Origin: a virus
Lineage: Duplodnaviria > Caudoviricetes
Virus record (IMG/VR): IMGVR_UViG_3300031788_000016
Coordinates: 1-59,440 of that record
Direction: 5' to 3' (one strand)
DNA: 59,440 nt
The notes below the pieces were generated by a model. The model had not been told where the DNA came from, searched no databases, and saw only the letters and a list, made by a program, of their open reading frames with translations. Shown here in pieces: positions 45,843-55,149 of the stretch. Made by a program: the position numbers and the translations under genes. The stretch's first letter is position 1; each line of letters opens with the position of its first letter.

Positions 45843-48131
45843 TTACCCTGCAACCAGAAGAACGCCGTTCACGAGGGTCGTCTGATAGATGGCGGTCTGC
45901 AGCAGGGTCATGATCTCGGTGTAGGCGGCATTCAGATCGACGTTCAGCATCGGCTGCGGCTGGCCGTTCGGGCCGCCGAAGTTCATCGACACCACCGTGA
46001 ACACCAGCGTCGTGGCATTCGCCATCGTGCTCATGATGGTGGACTTGATACGAATCGTGGCGGTGTAGCTCGCGCTGCGGAGGATGACAGTCGACAGGCC
46101 GCCCGGCGTGTTCTGGACGATGGTCTGATCCGCATACTGCGCGGCGCCGATGACGATGTTGATCATCGCGCGGGTCAGTTCGCTTGGATACGACGCCGGC
46201 TGGACGTTGGCCGCGATGGAATTGGCGCTCCAGTGGTAGTTGATCTGTGCAAACGGAGACAAGCGCTGCTGCGACAGCTGCGTGATCCTGGCGTAATCAA
46301 AGAGCGTCGTCACCGCGGTGGTACCAATGAGCTTGAGATCAATGGTGGCATTGATCGGCTTGACCTGGAACGATCCCGAAGGCGTGAAAGAGATGCCGAA
46401 CGTGAGGCGCGCGCCATTTGCGTATTTGAACGGATTGTTCTGGGTGAGATCGGTGAGCGTGCCGAAGTCCACGGAGAGCTTCGTGATCGAGAGCTTCGCG
46501 GGCGTCAGCGTGCTGCTGATCACAGCGCCCACCACATTGCTGCCGCTGTCCTGCGTCGTGGCCGGCGGCGTCGGAGAGCCGCTGTATAGCGGGATCGCGA
46601 CCAAGCCGGGGACGAGCGCGGCCGGATTCAGCTGCGTCATGTCGATCGCGGCATTGTTGCTGTCGACGGCCGAGAGATCGAACGAGATGTCGAGTTCATC
46701 AGCGAAGCCATCGAACACGACGAAGTCGCCATTCACCAGCTGCACAGTCGGCGTGAGGAGATTGCCAGTCGATTTGTCGACGGCGGCCTGCAGCGACTGG
46801 CTGCCAACCTTGAAGTTGGTGATGAGGAAGGTCGGCACCACACCAGTCTGCAGCGAGAAGACGCAGTTGAGCGTGGCGATCACGCTGGACTGCTTGCTCG
46901 ACTGGATGGTGATCGGGATGGTGCCAGAAGTGGCGTTACCGAGAAAGGCATTCAGCGCGGTCGGCGTGGTGACCATGACGCGGACTTCTTGGGCGCCGGC
47001 AGTGGATCCCGAGAGATTGACCGGCGAGCCATCAGCGTAGACCAACGACAAGCCGCCGCCGCAAGAGACCTTGAGGATGTCGTTCGCCAGCGCACACGTC
47101 AGCGTGAGAATCGGATTGGATGCGAAGCTATTGCTTCCCGGATTGAATAGCCCGAGACCAATCGTCTCGGTGGCCTGTGCCGGCCCCACTTCTGGGCCTT
47201 TGACGGTGATCGTCTGGTCCTGCGTGGCAGACGAGATCTGCGTCGGATCGGAGGTCGTCTGCGTCGGCGTGGTGGTCGCCGCGTAATCTCTCAGCGCGAT
47301 CGTCGCGCCAGACTGATCGGTGCGATCGAAGACGACCATATTGAACGCGAAAGTCGACGCGAGTTCCATGTTGGAATTGCGGTCGATGTCGAGATCGGTG
47401 ACGAAGCCTTTGAACGTGTGGCCGTCCACCACGATTGCGGCGTAACGCCCGGCCTGGGCGCAGGCGCTGGCGCGAAGATATTGTTCGTAAAAATTGATCA
47501 GGAGGTCTCTCTGCGAAACTTTCGAGAGGACCTTGGCCTTCGCGTTCCCGGTGACAGAGTAGCCATCCTGCTTGGGATCGGCCGCGGGGTAGTTCCGCAC
47601 GATGCCAGAGAACGAATACTTCCGGACGAAGCGACCGGTGGTGAAGAAGTGGGGTAGGCCGAACGTCTCCAGCACTTCCATACGCTCTTGATCGAGAGCG
47701 CGCACATCGCCGAGAATGAAATGGGTGAACGGCGGCACATGCACGCTGGCATCGGAGCCGTCGATGGCATACAGGCGGATCGCGGGGCGGTTGCGATAGT
47801 TCAGCGTGGTCGGCGGCATGACGCCGGGCTGCAGAGCGTGCCATGCTGAATCGGTGAGCGTATCGGTGTAGGCGTTGATCCCGCCCTGCTGCGCCACGAA
47901 TGCGGCCTTCTGCTGCGTGCTGTTCTGCGCCGAGAGCGCAGCCTGCGTCTGCGACTGCACGGCAGCTGAGGTCATCAGCTGCTTTGAGGTGACCGTCGAG
48001 ATGTTGGAACTGCCGAGCGCTGGCGACAGCGAGGGGTTGTAGCGCGTGAAGACGGTGCCCGGGGCAGTCGGCAAAGTCGACGGACCGAAGGAGGTCTGCA
48101 GTTCAGCCGGATTGACATATTGTTTAGGCAT
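45843..48131 (-). CDS. Putative baseplate/tail-tube-initiator-like protein
   Basis: Start ATG 48131 (SD GAGG); ERMEVLETFG...YSFSG tube-like motif; Thr/Ser-rich beta C-terminus. Confidence 0.55.
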   Translation of the reverse strand: MPKQYVNPAELQTSFGPSTLPTAPGTVFTRYNPSLSPALGSSNISTVTSKQLMTSAAVQSQTQAALSAQNSTQQKAAFVAQQGGINAYTDTLTDSAWHALQPGVMPPTTLNYRNRPAIRLYAIDGSDASVHVPPFTHFILGDVRALDQERMEVLETFGLPHFFTTGRFVRKYSFSGIVRNYPAADPKQDGYSVTGNAKAKVLSKVSQRDLLINFYEQYLRASACAQAGRYAAIVVDGHTFKGFVTDLDIDRNSNMELASTFAFNMVVFDRTDQSGATIALRDYAATTTPTQTTSDPTQISSATQDQTITVKGPEVGPAQATETIGLGLFNPGSNSFASNPILTLTCALANDILKVSCGGGLSLVYADGSPVNLSGSTAGAQEVRVMVTTPTALNAFLGNATSGTIPITIQSSKQSSVIATLNCVFSLQTGVVPTFLITNFKVGSQSLQAAVDKSTGNLLTPTVQLVNGDFVVFDGFADELDISFDLSAVDSNNAAIDMTQLNPAALVPGLVAIPLYSGSPTPPATTQDSGSNVVGAVISSTLTPAKLSITKLSVDFGTLTDLTQNNPFKYANGARLTFGISFTPSGSFQVKPINATIDLKLIGTTAVTTLFDYARITQLSQQRLSPFAQINYHWSANSIAANVQPASYPSELTRAMINIVIGAAQYADQTIVQNTPGGLSTVILRSASYTATIRIKSTIMSTMANATTLVFTVVSMNFGGPNGQPQPMLNVDLNAAYTEIMTLLQTAIYQTTLVNGVLLVAG

Positions 48132-48612
48132 TGCTGACCTCACGAGTCCGTTCCAGCGTCTGCGCCGATGCTGTTGGATCAGTGTCTGCGGTGTATTCGG
48201 CGCCGGCATTTTCGCCGACGACTGGAGATCCGAGGCTGAGAGAAGAGATCAACGTCGAGACCGTAGCATCGCTGGCGCTCGCCGTCTTCGCGACTTCTGA
48301 GACCGCGTTGACGCCCTGCGCGTATGGATTGGTGATGGTCAATCCCGCGAGGGTGTCGAAGTCGGCACGGCCGAGGGCCTGGGCGTTCGGCGCCGCGGCC
48401 TGCGCAGCAGTTTTGGTGAACCGGGAGCGCTCAGCAGCCAGGGCCTGCGTGGCGTTCGAAGAGGCTTGTGCAATCCGAATCTGGCGCTGCACGTCTTCAC
48501 GCGACTGCGGACGATTCGGCGGCTGCGTCTCTTGGTGCCCATCGTCATACGTGAAGATCACGTAGGAGCCGACGTAGTCGGTCAGGTATTCACGGCTGAT
48601 GATGGTGCTCAC
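48124..48612 (-). CDS. Hypothetical tail-module protein
   Basis: In operon; overlaps the next gene. Confidence 0.7.
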   Translation of the reverse strand: MSTIISREYLTDYVGSYVIFTYDDGHQETQPPNRPQSREDVQRQIRIAQASSNATQALAAERSRFTKTAAQAAAPNAQALGRADFDTLAGLTITNPYAQGVNAVSEVAKTASASDATVSTLISSLSLGSPVVGENAGAEYTADTDPTASAQTLERTREVSNA

Positions 48613-48615
48613 GGT

Positions 48616-49377
48616 TTATGCCTGGGAGTTGAAGACGTCGGCGGCAGTCTGCTGTGGGATGTCGGTCTCGGGCGCCAGGACGCAGATGCTGCTGAGGGTG
48701 TTGGCATAGGGCGGCGGCTCGGCGGTGATCGTACCGGTCGAAGGCGCCAAGGCATTCGTCATCATGTCGGTGAGCGAGATCTTCGTCGTAGGGGCGTTGA
48801 GCGCCGACGAGACGTTGATTCCGATGTTCGCCAGCTGCGCGCGAATCCAGGTCGCACGCTGAGACGGAGTCGAGAGCGCATTGAAATCCGCCTGTGACGG
48901 GCTGATCTGCACCGGCAGGTAGGAGAAGACCTGGAAGTTGGTCCAGGCGTCGACGAGTTCGGCCGGCGTCGGATCCATGGCGGTCGCGGTGGCCATGGAG
49001 GCTGCGATCGTCTCGATGGCGTCGCTGGTGGTCCAGAAGCCAGAGCGGTACTGATCGAGGATGCTGAGGCCGCGGGCGATGGAATAGGGCGCCACGACAG
49101 GCGTCGTGGGGATGGCAGTCGGCGCCGCCGGCTGCGGGATGGTAGTGGTAGAGGCAACGTCATCAGGCGTGGCCGCGAGCGTCTGGCCTGGGATGGTCAG
49201 GATCTGGGGCGTGGCGAAGTCGGGTGTGATCGGCGCCGAGTTGGGCTGCGGGACGCGGTAGTAGGTGTTGAGCGGCACCGTGGCCGGAGCCTCGTTGTTG
49301 CCCCACACGTCTCCCGGCTGGTTGAAGATCGTCGACGGCGTGTTGATCGAATCGGGATTCAGGAAATTATTCGGCAT
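48616..49377 (-). CDS. Hypothetical tail-module protein
   Basis: SD GAGGA; Pro/Thr-rich. Confidence 0.75.
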   Translation of the reverse strand: MPNNFLNPDSINTPSTIFNQPGDVWGNNEAPATVPLNTYYRVPQPNSAPITPDFATPQILTIPGQTLAATPDDVASTTTIPQPAAPTAIPTTPVVAPYSIARGLSILDQYRSGFWTTSDAIETIAASMATATAMDPTPAELVDAWTNFQVFSYLPVQISPSQADFNALSTPSQRATWIRAQLANIGINVSSALNAPTTKISLTDMMTNALAPSTGTITAEPPPYANTLSSICVLAPETDIPQQTAADVFNSQA

Positions 49378-49537
49378 TGCGTTTCCTCTTGTCGTTCACC
49401 AAGGACAGATACGTCTTCATGTCGACGTTGAGCGCGGCCGAGACGGGGAACGCGACTTCTTTCGTGTTCAGTATGGCCTGCAAGATCTGTGCAGTCTTGC
49501 GCATGTTCTCGGCATAGAGGTCGTCGAGTTTGGTCAT
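49367..49537 (-). CDS. 56-aa protein (not in ORF track)
   Basis: ATGA overlap with the tape measure stop; MTKLDDLYAENMRKTAQILQAILNTKEV... Confidence 0.6.
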   Translation of the reverse strand: MTKLDDLYAENMRKTAQILQAILNTKEVAFPVSAALNVDMKTYLSLVNDKRKRNAE

Positions 49538-52500
49538 TGCTGTTTGATGTCGAGGAGTTTGACGAGGCGTTCGAGAGCGTCAGCAGCCATCTTCTGGTTC
49601 TTACCTGCGGCGGTGTCGAGATCCGAATCTTTATCCTCAGCAGGCGCGGTCTGCTCGCGCTCTGCACGCTCGGAGAGGAGTTGGTCCATGAGTTTCTTGC
49701 CGCGCTCTTCATCCGTCAGGTGCTCGCCGTGCGCGGCAGCGTCTTTGTCGATGTCTGCGAGTTTGCCCTGATAGGCGCTGGTGTCGAAGTTGAGGGCCTT
49801 CAGGCCTGCGAGATCAAGATGCGAGAACTTGTCTTTGGCATCGAAGATCTTTTTCTCGTCCTTCCAGAAAGCGCCCCATTGATCGTTGTCGACGGCTTTC
49901 GCGATGTCTTTGTTCTGGAACAAGACCCCAAGCGCTTCGATATCGTGATCAGACGTGCTCGCGGCACGGACACGGGCAATGTCAGCGGTGGGATCGAGTT
50001 TATTCCCATCGACGGCGATGTTGCGGATATTGCTGGAGGCAGAGTCAACCATGCTCTCGAAGGTATCGCGCAAGCGGCTCTGGTTGACTCGATCGTTGAT
50101 GCCCTGCGTAAAGGCGATCCCTGCATCGAGGTCCGCGTAGTAGCTGGTCTTGTCCCCGGTGAACAGAGTGATCGTCGCGTCTTGCTCTCGTCCGATATTC
50201 GCGAAGAGAATGTTCTCTTTGTCTTCGCCGATAGCTCCCGCGAGCATACGACGCGCAGCATCCATCTCCTTCTCATCCCCTCCCCGCATCGCGCGGAGGT
50301 AGGCATTCACCTCTTTGGCATTGGTCTTGAGATCAATTCCGGTATTGACCTGCTTGGTGTCTTGGTTCCACCATGCTTTCCACCCGTTCTCCTCACCGAG
50401 GAGATTCGTGAGCTTGGCCTCATTTGCTTTCTGTTCCGGGCTCTTCATGAAGCTATCGATCGTCTGCCCGATATGGCCATTCACGGATTTCAATCCGAAC
50501 GTCACGTTGTCTTTGCGCGTCGCCAGGATGTCCGCGAGTTGCTGCGCAGTCAGACGCTCTCCATTCTGGCCGACCGTGAGATTCGAATTGTCAGCCAAGG
50601 CCTGCTCGAAGAGCGAGTTCACCTCAAGCTGCTTGTCCGCGTCTCCAGACAGTTGGTCGAAGTTAGTGCTGAGAAGAGCATTCCAGGCATCTCCCTTCAC
50701 AACACCGGGCATTGCGTCGGCAAGAGCATTACCGCGTTGGCGATCCGCGTTGTTCAATGCATCCGCAGTGACCACGAGACGAGCTTCGAGTTGTTTGTCG
50801 ATTTCCGTCTTGGTCGGGCCAGACAGTCCGAGCCCCACTGCGATCAGGAGTAGTGGGTTCAGCGTGAGCATACCGGCCGCCACGGCACGACCGCCGGCCT
50901 TTGGTGTGACTTGCAGATATTGCTGAGATGCTGACCCGGCGCGCTCAGCAGACAGACGCTCAGCCGTCGTCATCGGGCCGCCGCCTTCTGCAGCGACAGC
51001 AGCGAGATCGATAGCATGCGCGCGGCTGAATTGATTGCCGGCGGTATCGGTGCCACTGAAGACCATATCGAGCGCGCTGTGGTATTCACGCGCCCAGGAA
51101 TTCTCCGCAGCCTTCAGCCGGCCACCGATCGTGCTCCGCGTGTATTCGAGGTCGTCCTCGTTCTTGAGCATGTTGTAGCGCTCGGCACGGCGCTGCTGCC
51201 ATTCGGCATTCTCCGAAGCCTTGCGGCCCTCTTCTGTATAGTTCGCGGTGACGAATGCCTCTGCCTCCACCGGCCCCATTCCACGGTCCATGGCCATGCT
51301 GAAGGCCATACCGCGGCGGCCCTTCTCATTCAGCCCAGTGCCGACCGCATCCAGCTGCGTGTCGATCATGTTCTTGAAGAGATTGTTCAGTTCGCGCGGC
51401 GTCGCCTTCTGCATCTCCGTGTAGCGATCCATCTGAAACGAGACGAGATCGTTGTACGAGAGATTGCCGAGAGCGCCGCCCATGGCACCGAAAGCGCCAA
51501 CGCCCTTCTGGCCGCCACCACCGCGGAACATCAAGAAGCCCTGGTCGCTCATCGCGAAGCGTTCGATGGCCGCGCGCTGGTTCTCGGCAATCGCAGCAAT
51601 GCCGCCGCCACGGGCGATGTCGTTCTGCGTCAGCAGGCCCTGGCTGCTCATCGTGCGCAGCTGCATCGCGGCATCCATGGCGCCGATGGCACCAGCCTCG
51701 GTCGAGAGGCCCATAGCATTCGCAGTGGCCCCGGCGCGGGTGGCCACACCCAGCATCTCGGTGGGCGACATACCAGCCACCAAGCCGGCGCTGCCAGCGT
51801 AGCGGAGGATGTTGGTCTGCTGCTCGACGGAGCGCACACCCATCATGCGCAGCGTGCCCATCGCGTTCGCGACTTCTTGTGGCACCAGCTTGAGGGAGCG
51901 CGTCAGTTCTTCAGTTGCTGCGGCGAGTTCGCGGACCTTGAGCCGGAACTCTTCGGTGCTGCTGACTTCATTGAACTGTCCAGCCTGCATCCCGGTGTTG
52001 GCGATGGTCTGGTAGTCGTTCTGCGAGAGACGCAGATTCCCGAGCGCCTCATAGTTGACGGCGCGCGCCAGCTGATTCGATTGGATCTGATCGAAGCCGG
52101 CGCCGAAGATGTTGCTCGCGTTCGGATTGCCGAAGCGAATGAAGCGGCTGCTGTTCTGTTGGATGTTCGCTGCAAAGTCAGTCGTCTGCCGGGTGTACTC
52201 CGGGGCGAAGAAGCCGGAGATGGTGCGCGAGACGCGCAGACCGACCGATTGGCCCGCCAGCTGTTCGTATTCAGACTGGGTCAGCGTTTCAGGCGCACGG
52301 CCGAAGCCTGTCAGCGCGAGGATGTCGCGGCCGAAGGACGATTGATACGTCGGCTTGTAGGCGTTCGCCCAGTTCAGCGTGTTCCACTGCCCCGAGAGGA
52401 CCTGATCCGAGATGGTCTGCGCGCGGGAGAAGGTGCCGAAGCCGGGCGTAGCCGAGAAGCCGTAGGAGGATGCACCCGTGGCTTGTGCCGTCGATGCAGC

Positions 52501-52578
52501 GCGCGTAGAGCGGAGTTCGTCGCGGATCTCCTGCAGGAGCCGGGTCTGATTCTGCAGGAACTGCTCGTCGAGATCCAT
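49534..52578 (-). CDS. Tape measure protein
   Basis: 1014 aa, Ala/Gly/Gln-rich and helical with a hydrophobic segment, directly downstream of the frameshifted chaperone. Confidence 0.75.
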   Translation of the reverse strand: MDLDEQFLQNQTRLLQEIRDELRSTRAASTAQATGASSYGFSATPGFGTFSRAQTISDQVLSGQWNTLNWANAYKPTYQSSFGRDILALTGFGRAPETLTQSEYEQLAGQSVGLRVSRTISGFFAPEYTRQTTDFAANIQQNSSRFIRFGNPNASNIFGAGFDQIQSNQLARAVNYEALGNLRLSQNDYQTIANTGMQAGQFNEVSSTEEFRLKVRELAAATEELTRSLKLVPQEVANAMGTLRMMGVRSVEQQTNILRYAGSAGLVAGMSPTEMLGVATRAGATANAMGLSTEAGAIGAMDAAMQLRTMSSQGLLTQNDIARGGGIAAIAENQRAAIERFAMSDQGFLMFRGGGGQKGVGAFGAMGGALGNLSYNDLVSFQMDRYTEMQKATPRELNNLFKNMIDTQLDAVGTGLNEKGRRGMAFSMAMDRGMGPVEAEAFVTANYTEEGRKASENAEWQQRRAERYNMLKNEDDLEYTRSTIGGRLKAAENSWAREYHSALDMVFSGTDTAGNQFSRAHAIDLAAVAAEGGGPMTTAERLSAERAGSASQQYLQVTPKAGGRAVAAGMLTLNPLLLIAVGLGLSGPTKTEIDKQLEARLVVTADALNNADRQRGNALADAMPGVVKGDAWNALLSTNFDQLSGDADKQLEVNSLFEQALADNSNLTVGQNGERLTAQQLADILATRKDNVTFGLKSVNGHIGQTIDSFMKSPEQKANEAKLTNLLGEENGWKAWWNQDTKQVNTGIDLKTNAKEVNAYLRAMRGGDEKEMDAARRMLAGAIGEDKENILFANIGREQDATITLFTGDKTSYYADLDAGIAFTQGINDRVNQSRLRDTFESMVDSASSNIRNIAVDGNKLDPTADIARVRAASTSDHDIEALGVLFQNKDIAKAVDNDQWGAFWKDEKKIFDAKDKFSHLDLAGLKALNFDTSAYQGKLADIDKDAAAHGEHLTDEERGKKLMDQLLSERAEREQTAPAEDKDSDLDTAAGKNQKMAADALERLVKLLDIKQQ

Positions 52579-52587
52579 AGCCCACCA

Positions 52588-53135
52588 TCATCGTCCGGGC
52601 CGACCCTTTGGGAAGGATGTAGCAGGCCCAGCTTGGCGCTGCGGCGTGACCCTGGGCGCCTGGGGCGCCTGCGGGGCCGTGGGGCGGGCAAGGTCGCGCT
52701 TGCCCCACAAGCTGGGCGCGACGGGCGCGTCTGGTGCAACGGGTGGCGCCTTGGCCCCGGCAGCAGCCTTGCCGGGCGTCTTGGAGGCCTTCTGTCCCGG
52801 CTTTCTCTTGGCTCCGCGCTCAAGGATGGGCTTGAAGTAATAGCCGGTCTTCTCCAGCGACTTCAGCTGCTCTTCCTGGCTCATCAACTTCTCACGCTTG
52901 TCTTTCGCGCTGACCGGGATCGCCATTTCGAGATAGACCTTTGCCATCTTCGCCGCTGCGTCGGTGCTGCCCATCATTGCGAGAAGAGTCGCCTTCGTCT
53001 TCATCGCATCGAGAAGAAGACGGCGCTGATAGATATGGAAGAGGAACCTGTCGCGCGGGTTGTCCGATCCGGGATTCAGGCCGTCGAGCAGCGCGTTGCC
53101 GATGAACCACAGCCCCGGATCGGCAATCAGTTTCC
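52588..53135 (-). CDS. Tail assembly chaperone, frameshifted C-terminal (T) part
   Basis: The -1 frame is open from the slippery site GGGAAAC into ORF 52588-53004. Confidence 0.7.
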
Positions 53136-53735
53136 CAGTTCACGTTCCAGGAAGATGTTCACATAGCTGTTCATCGTCTGGCATTCATCGGCGACGGCGC
53201 CCAAGAGGGGCAGCGGCAGCGGACGCAAGACGGCGAGACGACTTGCGATCGGGACATTCGCGAAATTGCGGAGGGCGATCGGCTTGCCGCCGACCATGGG
53301 CGGCTGGAACTTCGTCACCCACTGCAAGAGGAGCATCTCGTGATGCTCGATCGGGCCGAGGTTCACTTTCACCTTCTGGCCCATCTGGTCGACGATCATG
53401 GTCGGGTCCATTGCGAAGGCCTGCACCTGACGCTGATGTTCGCCGGACGGCACCGCGAGCATGAAGGCGATGTCTTTGATCTTGAAGACGTGTTCGCCGC
53501 CGAGACCGATGATGGCGGCACCGAGATCGATGTCTTCAAAACGCTTGCCGTGGCGCGCGATGAACGCGTCTTGCGCGGTGCGCATCTTGTCTCGATTTGC
53601 ATTCGAGAGCGCCGCGACTTTGCCGTCGAGTTCGTTCTTCCGCTTTTCGAGCCCGGAGATCTCGGAGGTGAGGTTCGCGAGTTCGACTTCGAGCGCGAGC
53701 TTCTGTTCGATCGTGGGCGCGGCGGGAGCGTTCAT
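53127..53735 (-). CDS. Tail assembly chaperone (G)
   Basis: Start ATG 53735; ends ...ELGN* across G GGA AAC. Confidence 0.75.
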   Translation of the reverse strand: MNAPAAPTIEQKLALEVELANLTSEISGLEKRKNELDGKVAALSNANRDKMRTAQDAFIARHGKRFEDIDLGAAIIGLGGEHVFKIKDIAFMLAVPSGEHQRQVQAFAMDPTMIVDQMGQKVKVNLGPIEHHEMLLLQWVTKFQPPMVGGKPIALRNFANVPIASRLAVLRPLPLPLLGAVADECQTMNSYVNIFLERELGN

Positions 53736-53895
53736 CGGGAGGCCTTTCGTTTTCGGTTTCGCTGAAAGCGTTGCGTTTTTGGGTGTGAAAGTCAAGCGAA
53801 CCCGACAGGGTTCGGTGATATGTTGTATTTGCATCGACTTTGTGTTTTGGTGCCTACCCCGGCGGTTACCGGAGGTCTCCATTCGGACCCTATAG

Positions 53896-54200
53896 TTGGA
53901 GAGATCTTTAGTAGTTCGTTCGGTATAGAAACTTCCCTTAGTATTATCTATTACTTCTTATTCTATTATATTATATTATCTCTTTTTCTCTTCTTTTAAG
54001 AGAAAAGAAGAGAATTAAATATATAGTATATATAGTATATATAGTGATATGTGGTAGGTACTATGATATACATACCGTAACCCCATAGGTTTACGCCCCC
54101 AGAGGTACTCCATACACATTACACGCGGGAGAGGAGGATATATGATCGGAGTAAATAAGGGGTTAATTGATCAATATAGAGAGGGTAAAATAAAACGTGG
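53896..54200. other. AT-rich non-coding region, candidate replication origin
   Basis: Extreme AT richness; 12-bp inverted repeat at 53986-54014; (ATATATAGT)x3 at 54019-54045; at a strand divergence. Confidence 0.55.
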
Positions 54201-54508
54201 AAAAGTAGAGTTGCGGCGCGCGGGAGCGCACAGGCCGGACCTGTGGGGGGTGTTATCCCCTAGTTTCAGCGTAAGTCCTTGCGCAGCAACAACCCCGTGG
54301 GTGTGTCCCGGGGGTGCTCAGACCCGACCGTTGGGGGTCTCTTCAAGACGTGACAGAGAGTTAATACCTCGACAAATTTCGCTACACTCTCTACTAGCCC
54401 GGCATGTAAGTACTAATCTCAATATAGTTCTTAACATCGAACCGGTATAGTTCCCGTCACTCAGCGTACACATTCCGCCAGCCAATCTTGCGCTTGGCAA
54501 GGTCGGAC

Positions 54509-54536
54509 TTGACGAGGCGCTGACGGTTTGTATTGT
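54509..54536 (+). promoter_or_regulatory. Sigma70-like promoter of the Pth/tRNA operon
   Basis: TTGACG-N16-TATTGT, with 8 nt before ATG 54545. Confidence 0.6.
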
Positions 54537-54544
54537 CGGCCGCC

Positions 54545-55072
54545 ATGCAGTAGATCTCCAACCAAAACCGCTACGTGTACATCGGCGTCTGTGCCGATCT
54601 CCCCCTCGCCCAGCAGCTGGTCCAGGTGGCCCACGCGGCGCAAGAATGCGGGATCTATTTCTCCACCCCGCAGTTGGACTCCGACTTCATGGTGATCTGC
54701 ACCTTCCCGGATGAGGCCGCACTTCTGGCCGAAGCTGCGAAGCATGATCGTCTGCGCGTGATCCGCGAGCCCGACTTGGGCGGCCGGGCCACCGCCATCG
54801 CATCCCCTCCACTCGTCGGCGCGGAACGGAAGCCGTTCCGCCGCTGGCGTATGTGGACCCCTTCTCATGGAGGGATAGCGCATAGCTTCGCTGGGGCGCC
54901 ACATGCCTCAGCGCCAGGAGAATTCCCTGGTCCCTCCGCCATCTCGAAGGGAAGCTCAGAGGCCGAGCGCCGGAGCAGCAATGCTTCGGAGGTCGCAGGT
55001 TCGAATCCTGCCCCTTCGACCAAACACCTCGACCGCCGGAACGGCAAGGAGGATTTCGCTCATCTCGGCTAG
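54545..55072 (+). CDS. Pth2-like peptidyl-tRNA hydrolase with in-frame TAG at codon 3
   Basis: YIGVCADLPLAQQLVQVAHAA...IREPDLGGRATAIA is a Pth2-type pattern. ATG CAG TAG at 54545-54553 is in frame with ORF 54575-55072. Confidence 0.75.
54869..54941 (+). tRNA. Non-canonical tRNA-like gene (loop GCCACAT, no TTC in the T-loop)
   Basis: Perfect acceptor GGAGGGA/TCCCTCC plus G-CCA; T-stem CCAGG/CCTGG with loop AGAATTC. Confidence 0.65.
54945..55022 (+). tRNA. tRNA-Pro-like body with the anticodon loop replaced by a GNRA tetraloop
   Basis: CGAAGGG/CCCTTCG-A-CCA, canonical D- and T-arms, anticodon arm CCGGAGCA-GCAA-TGCTTCGG. Confidence 0.8.
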
Positions 55073-55149
55073 CAACCAAGACGAAGATTTTGAGACAATC
55101 ACCCGCGGCGCCCGCCGCAACGGAGACCGGCCCGTAGCCGGGATATCAT

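Noticed and set aside
54142-54500. ORFs 54142-54450 and 54318-54500
   Set aside because: Atypical composition inside the AT-rich regulatory region and no recognisable motifs.
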